Assembly (NCBI RefSeq): GCF_004010195.1
Contig: NW_025214776.1
Coordinates: 8,728-50,625, forward strand
Reading direction: 5' to 3'
Length of the DNA: 41,898 nt
Source: Chiloscyllium plagiosum
Lineage: Eukaryota
Made by a program: the position numbers and the translations under genes. Under the pieces are notes generated by a model, which made no database searches, was not told the DNA's origin, and saw only the letters and a program-made list of their open reading frames with translations. Below, piece by piece: positions 35,510-41,898 of the stretch (position 1 is the first letter of the stretch; every line of letters starts with the position of its first letter).

Positions 35510-36530
35510 AGAATTCTTTGAGGAGGTAACGACGGATTGGACCAGAGTAAGTTACCTATCTGAAATTCCAGAAGGCCTCTGATATAGTACCGCACAGGAG
35601 GCTGCAGAGTTAGATAAGGACCCATGGTGTCAGAGGCCAGGTACTAGCGTGGATAATAGGTTGTCTCTCTGGCAGGATGCAGAGTGAGGATAAAATTGTC
35701 CATCTCAGGACGGCGGCCAGTGCCTAGCAGTGTTCCACAACACTCAGTGTTGGGACCACAACATTTCACTTTATCGGTTAATGATCTGAGTGGTGGGACA
35801 GAAGGCATTCTGGTTACGTTTGCAGATGATGCAAAGATAGGTGGAGGGGCATGTAGTATTGAGGAGGCAGGGAGCCTGCAGAAAGATTTCGACAGTTTAG
35901 GAGAGTGGGAAATGGGGTAGCAGATGGAACACAATGTGGGAGAGTGTGAGTTCATGCACTTTGGTATGAAGAATACAGGCATGGACTATTTACTAAATGC
36001 GGGAAAAAAAAAATCAGAAATCTGAGTAACAAAGGGACTTGGGATTCCAAGCCCAGGATTCGCCTTAGATAAACTTGCAGGTTGAGTCAGTAGTTAAGAA
36101 GGTAAATACAATGTTGTCAATCCTCTCAAGAGGAGTAGGATTAATGGTGGGGATTCTGAGGCTTTCTAAGGCTCTGGTCAGACCACATTTCCAGTATTTT
36201 GCGCCTCATACCTCAGAAAGGATGTATTAGCCTCGGTGTGTGTCAGGAGAAGGTTCACGAGAAATGAAAAGCTGAACACATGAGGAATATTGGAAGACTC
36301 TGGGTTTATGCTCGATGGAGATTAAAAGGATGAGGGGTGTCCAATTGAAACTTACAGAATACTGAATGACCTGGATACAGACAAAATTGGGAGGACGTTT
36401 ACACTGGTAGGAGGGCGCAGGCTTAGAGCAAAGGGAAACCCCATTAGAACGGAGATAAGATGAAACGTCTTTAGCCAGAGAGTCGTGAAATTGTGGAATT
36501 CCTTACCACAGAAGCCTGTGGAAACCAGAT
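35510..36530 (+). mobile_element. CR1 LINE RT fragment
   Basis: VPSSVPQHSVLGPQHFTLSVNDL, FADDAKIGG, LWNSLPQK. Confidence 0.92.
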
Positions 36531-39500
36531 CATTTGGCACCAGCGATATGGCCAGGAACGGGACTGAGGATCTGAAAAGTGACAACAGAGAGTTAGTTTG
36601 GAAGCTGAAGAGCAGGACAAGTAGAGGAGTGCTTTTGGGTTTGTTACCTGTCCAACGACCTAGTGAGATGAGGAACAGTCAGCGAATGCAGCTTTACACG
36701 TGGCTGCGAGGCTGTTGCAGGAGGGAGGGCTTCAGATATCTAGACCATCGGGATACATTTGGGTAAGGTGGGACCTGCACATGAAGGACAGGTTGTAACT
36801 AAACTGGAGGAGCACAAATGTCCTGTTTGGGAGGTTTGCTCGTGTGATTCAGACGGGTTTAAACTAGTTTGGCAGGGGGGAGGAATAAGACCACATGTCT
36901 GAGAGGGGGTGAGTTGCAGCCAGGATAGTGACAGGATATATTGAATCTATCAGGAATGTTTCTCACGTGATGAAGCAAAGGGATCGGTTAGAGTTCGTCT
37001 GCTTTAATGCAAGGAATGTCCGAAATAAGAGTGACAAACTTAAAGCATGGATCAGTACTTGGGGCAACGATGTCATGGCCACAACGGAGGCGTAGGTTTC
37101 ACAGGGACAGGGATGGTTGCTTGATGTTCCAAGGGTTTAGAACGTTTCAAAATGTTTTGGGGCAGCACGGTGGCACAATGGTTAGCACTCCTACCTCACT
37201 GCTCCAGAGACCCGGGTTCAATTCCCACGTCAAGGAACTAACTGTGCGGAGTTTGCAAATTTTCCCCTTGGGTTTCCTTCGGGTGCTCCGGTTTTCTCCC
37301 ATGATCCAAAGATGTGCAGATTAGGTGAATTGGCCATGCTAAATTGCCCGTAGTGTTAGTTGAAGGGGGAAATGTAGGGGAATGGTTCTGGGTGGGTTGC
37401 TCTATGGAGGGTTGATGTGGACTTGTTGGGCCGAAGGGCCTGTTTGCACACTGTAAGTAATGTAATCTTATCTAAAAAAGAACAGGGTGGGTGGAAACTG
37501 AGGAGGGGGTGCAGAATTGCTAATCAGAGAGTGTGTCACAGCTACAGAAATGAAGGTTGTTGAGGAAGGTTTGTCTACTGAGTCAGTATGGGTGAAAGTT
37601 AGGAACAGCAAGGGAATAGTCACCACATTTAGGGATTTTCTACAGACCGCCTAATACCAGTAGAGAGATTGAAGATCCCATAGGCGGGCAGATTCTGGAA
37701 AAATGCAGGGTTATTGCTATGGGTGATTTCAACTTTCCCAATATCGACTGAAACCTCCTAAGCGCAGATGGTGTGGAAAAAGCCGTTTTTGTCAGGTGTG
37801 TTCAAGAGGGTTTCCTTGCTCAGTATGTAGACAGACCGTCGAGGGGAGAAGCTATTTTGGATGTGGTGCTCGACAACGAGCCAGGACAGGTGTCAGAACT
37901 CACGGTGGGAGAGCACTTTGGTGAAAGTGATCACAACTGCCTCACATGTAGCATAGTCTGGGAGAGTGAAAGGAGCAGTTTCCGAGGAAAGATATTTAAC
38001 TGGGGTAAAGGAAATTATGATGCTATCAGACAGGAGTTGGGAAGTACAGACTGAGAGCAATTGTTCCACAGAAAGGGCACAGCAGTCATGTGGAGACTGT
38101 TTAAGGAGTAGTTGTTGCAAGTGATACACAAATTTGTTCCTCTGAGACAGGTAAGAAGGTGTAAGATTAAGAAACCTTGGATGACGAGAACAGAGGAACG
38201 TCTCTAAAAAGGAAGTAGACAGCTTATGTAAGATGGAGGAAGCAAGGATCTAGCACAGCTTTAGAGGATTACAGGCTTGCTAGGAAGGAGCTCAGAAATG
38301 GACTGAGGTGAGCCATGATGGGGCACGAAAAAGGCTTGGCAAGAAGGATTAGAGAGAATCCAAAATGCATTTTTCTCATACGTGAGGAATAAGAGAATAA
38401 TCAGGGAGTAGGTAGGGCTGATTAGGATTAGCGTAGGGAATTTATGCGTGGAGTCTGAGCAGATGAAGTTGATATGCTAGAAATTTAGGAAAACATTAAT
38501 ATGGATACGTCCCCAGGGCCAGACCAGATTTATCCTAGACTGCTCCCGGAAGCGGGAAAGGAGGTTGCTAAGCCGCATAACTTTTCACTTATCCAGGTTG
38601 AATCTCTTCTGTGAGGATATTTGCCTCCTCACTCTCCACAGGAGTCATACCGGAGGATTGGAAGAGGCGAACGTTGTTTCTTACTTCAAGAAGGGTAATA
38701 GGAAAACCTCTGGCAATTAGAGACCAGTCAGTCTTACGTCTGTGGTCAGCAAAGTTTGGAAAAAATTCTGAGGGATAGGATTTATGACTATTTGGCAAAG
38801 CATAGTGTGATTAAAGGCAGTCAGCATGGTTTCATGAGGGGCAGGTCATGCCTCACAAATCTTATTGATTTCTTTGAGGAGGTGTCAAGACAGATCGACG
38901 ACGGTCGAGCAATGGATGTGGTGCATGTGGACTTCATCAAGGTATTTTATAGGGTTCCCCATGGAAGGCTCATTCATAAAGTCAGGAAGTATTGGATACA
39001 GAGAGATTTGGTTATCTGGATTCAGAATTGGTTGGCTGGCAGAAGGCACACAGTGGTTATAGATGGAAAGTATTCTGCTTGGAGGACAATATGAGAGGGA
39101 TCCCACAGGGCTGTGTTCTTGGGCCTCTGTTCTTTGTTTTTATAAATGACTTGGATGAGGAGGTTATGGGGTGGGTTAGTAAATTTACTGATGACACAAA
39201 GGTTGGAGGTGACGTTGATAGTATAGAGGGCCACTGCAGGCTGCAGCGTGACATAGACATGATGCAGAGCTGGGCTGAGAAATGACAGAAGAGATTCAAC
39301 CTGGATAAGTGAAAAGTTATGCATTTTGGAAGGTCAAATTCGAATCCTGAATATAGCATTAAAGACAGGATTCTTGGCAGTGTAGAGAAACAGACGGATC
39401 TGGGTGCGCATGGATCCCTCAAAGTTGCCACCCAAATGGATAGGGGTCAAGAAAGCATATGGTGTTTTGGCTTTCATTAATTGGGGGATCGACTTTAAGA

Positions 39501-40075
39501 GCCGTGAGGTTTTGCTGCAGCTCTACAGGTCCCTGGTGAGACCACACTTGGAATATTGTGTCCAGTTGTGGACGCCTTAATATAGGAAAGATACACAGGC
39601 TTTGGAGGGGGTGTAAAGAAGGTTTACCAGGATGCTGCCTGGATTGGAGGGCTTGCTTTATGATGAAAGGTTGAACGAGCTTGAACCTTTCTCTCTGGCG
39701 ACAAGGAGAGCTGATCGAGGTGTACAAAATAATGAGAGGAACAGATAGAGTCAATACCCAGAGACTTCTTTTCCCAGCGAAGGATTGACTAGTACGAGAA
39801 GTCATAGTTTGAAGATATGAGGAGGAAGGTAAAAGGGAGACATCAGAGGTAGGTTCTTTACGCAGAGAGTTGTGAATGCATGGAATGCGCTGCCAGCTCT
39901 GTTGGTCGAAACATAGTCATTGGGGACATGTAAGCGACTATTGGACATGCACATGGATAGCAGTGAGTTGAGGGGTGCGTAGGTTAAATTACTACATTTT
40001 ACAATAGGATTAAATCTTGGGAAAACATCGTGGGTCAAAGGGCCTGTTCTGAGCTGTACTGTTCTATGTTCTATA
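36530..40075 (+). mobile_element. Near full-length degenerate CR1 LINE (esterase remnant + APE-RT)
   Basis: WLRGCCRREGFRYLDH (ORF1 esterase), YRPPN, GDFNFPNID, GFMRGRSCLTNL, GIPQGCVLGPL, FTDDTK, 3' tail tgttctatgttctat. Confidence 0.95.
37158..37475 (+). mobile_element. HE1-type V-SINE inserted in the CR1 endonuclease region
   Basis: A box ggcacaatggttagc, B box gggttcaattcc, V domain ggtgaattggccatgctaaattgccc, tail tgtaagtaatgtaatct. Confidence 0.93.
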
Positions 40076-40265
40076 TTCTATTTAGTATATTTAAATCAGA
40101 CACAGATAAGTTTTCATTGACAAGGGGATCAAAGGTTACTGAGAGGAAGCAGGAAAATGGAGTTGAAAATCTGTCAGTCGTGATCAAATGGCGGAGCAGA
40201 GTTGATGTTCCGAATGGCTTCATTTCTGTTTGTATAGATTTGTGGCATTATAATATTTCGGTCCT

Positions 40266-40556
40266 GGATAGTACGGTGGCACAGTGATTTGCACTGCTGT
40301 ATCACAACATCAGGGAACTGGGTTCGATTTCCTCTGGGTGTTCTGGTTTCCTGTCACAGTTCAAAGTTGTGCAGGTTAGGTGAATTGGCCATGCTGAATT
40401 GCCGATTGAGTTCAGGGATGTTGATGTTAGGTGCAATAGTCAAGGGTCTATGTATAGTATTAGGGTAGAGAATGGGATTGGTTCTCATACTCTTTGGAGA
40501 ATCAGTATAAACCTGTTGGGCTGAAGGGCCTGTTTCCTCACTGTAAGGATTCTAAG
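40266..40556 (+). mobile_element. Degenerate HE1-type V-SINE with internal deletion
   Basis: ggtggcacagtga, gggttcgatttc, ggtgaattggccatgctgaattgcc. Confidence 0.85.
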
Positions 40557-40559
40557 AAA

Positions 40560-41140
40560 ATGCAGGCTGCTGCAATGTTCCAGTGAAGCCCAACCCAAGC
40601 TCGAGTAACACTTCACTTTACACTTTGTTACGTAACGGTCTGTAGGAGTTAATATTCAATTCCTTAAATTTACAGCCTGAATCCATTATGTTTATTCTCC
40701 ATTTTCCGTCCACTCTCCCTCCTGGGCTCCCTAAGTTCGTGTCTTGTTTATGATGCATTCAACAGAGAAAATCAACTTCTAATATTTACACATTAATGTC
40801 TGTGTCTCTTTCTCCACAATTTAAAGCCCATTTGACTTTCACACTGGGCTTCCAAACATTCTTTCCTACCTCTGCCAAGATACTAAAACACTCACTTTCC
40901 AATCCTTTACATGTCTGAAGAAGATTTACACTGGACTTGAAACATTAACATTGTTTCTCTATCTCTGCAGATGTTGCCAGACCCACTGAATTCCTTCAAA
41001 AATGAAAAGTTACAGAATACATTTTCAATATAGCTTACTCGGTGCTTTGAGGAACAGTCACAGAACCCGAAAGCTTGCCTCTGCTTTCACTCTACAGATG
41101 CTGTCAGACCTGTCAGTGTCTTCAGCAATTTCTGTTTTTG
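40560..41140 (+). mobile_element. Penelope-derived repeat, paralogous to 810-1300
   Basis: cagtgaagccaacccaagctcgagtaaca (GIY-YIG C-terminal end) followed by two terminal hammerhead-like motifs. Confidence 0.65.
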
Positions 41141-41159
41141 AATAAGTTTCAAACATGTG

Positions 41160-41898
41160 TGTCAAAGCTGCTCACACGCCCTGTCCAACATGGAGCGCCA
41201 TACACCAGAAAGTGAATGATAACGCAAGGTATACAAATTCATTTGTTCTGAAACTACATAAGGCTGTCATTACCTACACTACAGAGCTCTTAAACATGGT
41301 CATGGAGAGAAGCAGAGGGAAACACATTCGCTTTAAACAGAAGATGGCATTACTGGAGGGGAAAATATTCAGGTGAAAACGTTAAATGCTTTTGAGGAAT
41401 GTGACAAATTGGAGGCATGGCATCATGAAGATATCCTAACAGGATGAGAATTTTTAAAAATGGAAGCGTTCCCACATTAGAAACCGGGATAAGGCACTGT
41501 GTACAGGGGAGAAGGGTGACCGGGTCCCCGTGCGAATTGAGGACAGGCAGCAGAATTGTATTGCAGATATTGCAACTCAAACTGGGCATTCATGTGATGC
41601 TGCAAATCATAGCAGCTGTAGTAGCAGCAGCAGCAGAATTATATTCAACCACAATATGATCTCTCAGTCTACCATTACCATGAAGCCGATCTCCGTTTCA
41701 GTGATGAGTGTGGGTGAACATGCCACGGTCAGAACCACGTGTACCTAAACCTGATGAGAATCAATTCAAGCTACCGCACTTACTGCTTACATTAACAAAC
41801 AGCAGATATAACATCTGATAGAGCGGGCGCCATGACCCCAAGACTGTGACCACTTCTTTTAAAAACAGCTATGAATTACTGCTGGCCTGTCTACTCTT
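41160..41898 (+). mobile_element. Degenerate LINE fragments paralogous to 1320-1870
   Basis: Colinear alignment, for example tcagtgatgagtgtgggtgaacatg and aagctaccgcactt shared. Confidence 0.7.

Noticed and set aside
37158..37230. tRNA-like A and B boxes
   Set aside because: This is the head of an HE1 SINE, not a tRNA gene.

Overview
Repeat-dense vertebrate DNA, almost certainly from an elasmobranch (shark): it carries HE1/V-SINEs, SacSINE1/Deu-SINEs, many CR1 LINEs and Penelope-derived repeats, plus three N gaps. I found no intact protein-coding gene. Main observation: nearly every stretch of non-transposon sequence between about 0.55 and 34.9 kb translates on the + strand, through stops and frameshifts, into immunoglobulin C1-set (heavy-chain constant, IgW/IgNAR-like) motifs. 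By eye there are roughly 25-35 decayed domains. They abut with no apparent introns, include internal paralogous pairs and are broken up by TE insertions. This looks like the fossil of a very long, intron-poor multi-CH immunoglobulin-like gene or retrocopy. No V, J, RSS or leader was found. Also present: a one-ended Mutator-like (MULE) transposase remnant, Penelope-type minimal hammerhead ribozyme motifs, a ~38-bp minisatellite, a ~1.0-kb tandem duplication, gap-flanking near-identical duplications and an older duplicated segment ~40 kb apart. All protein matches are manual motif recognition, not database results, and coordinates of degenerate features are approximate.
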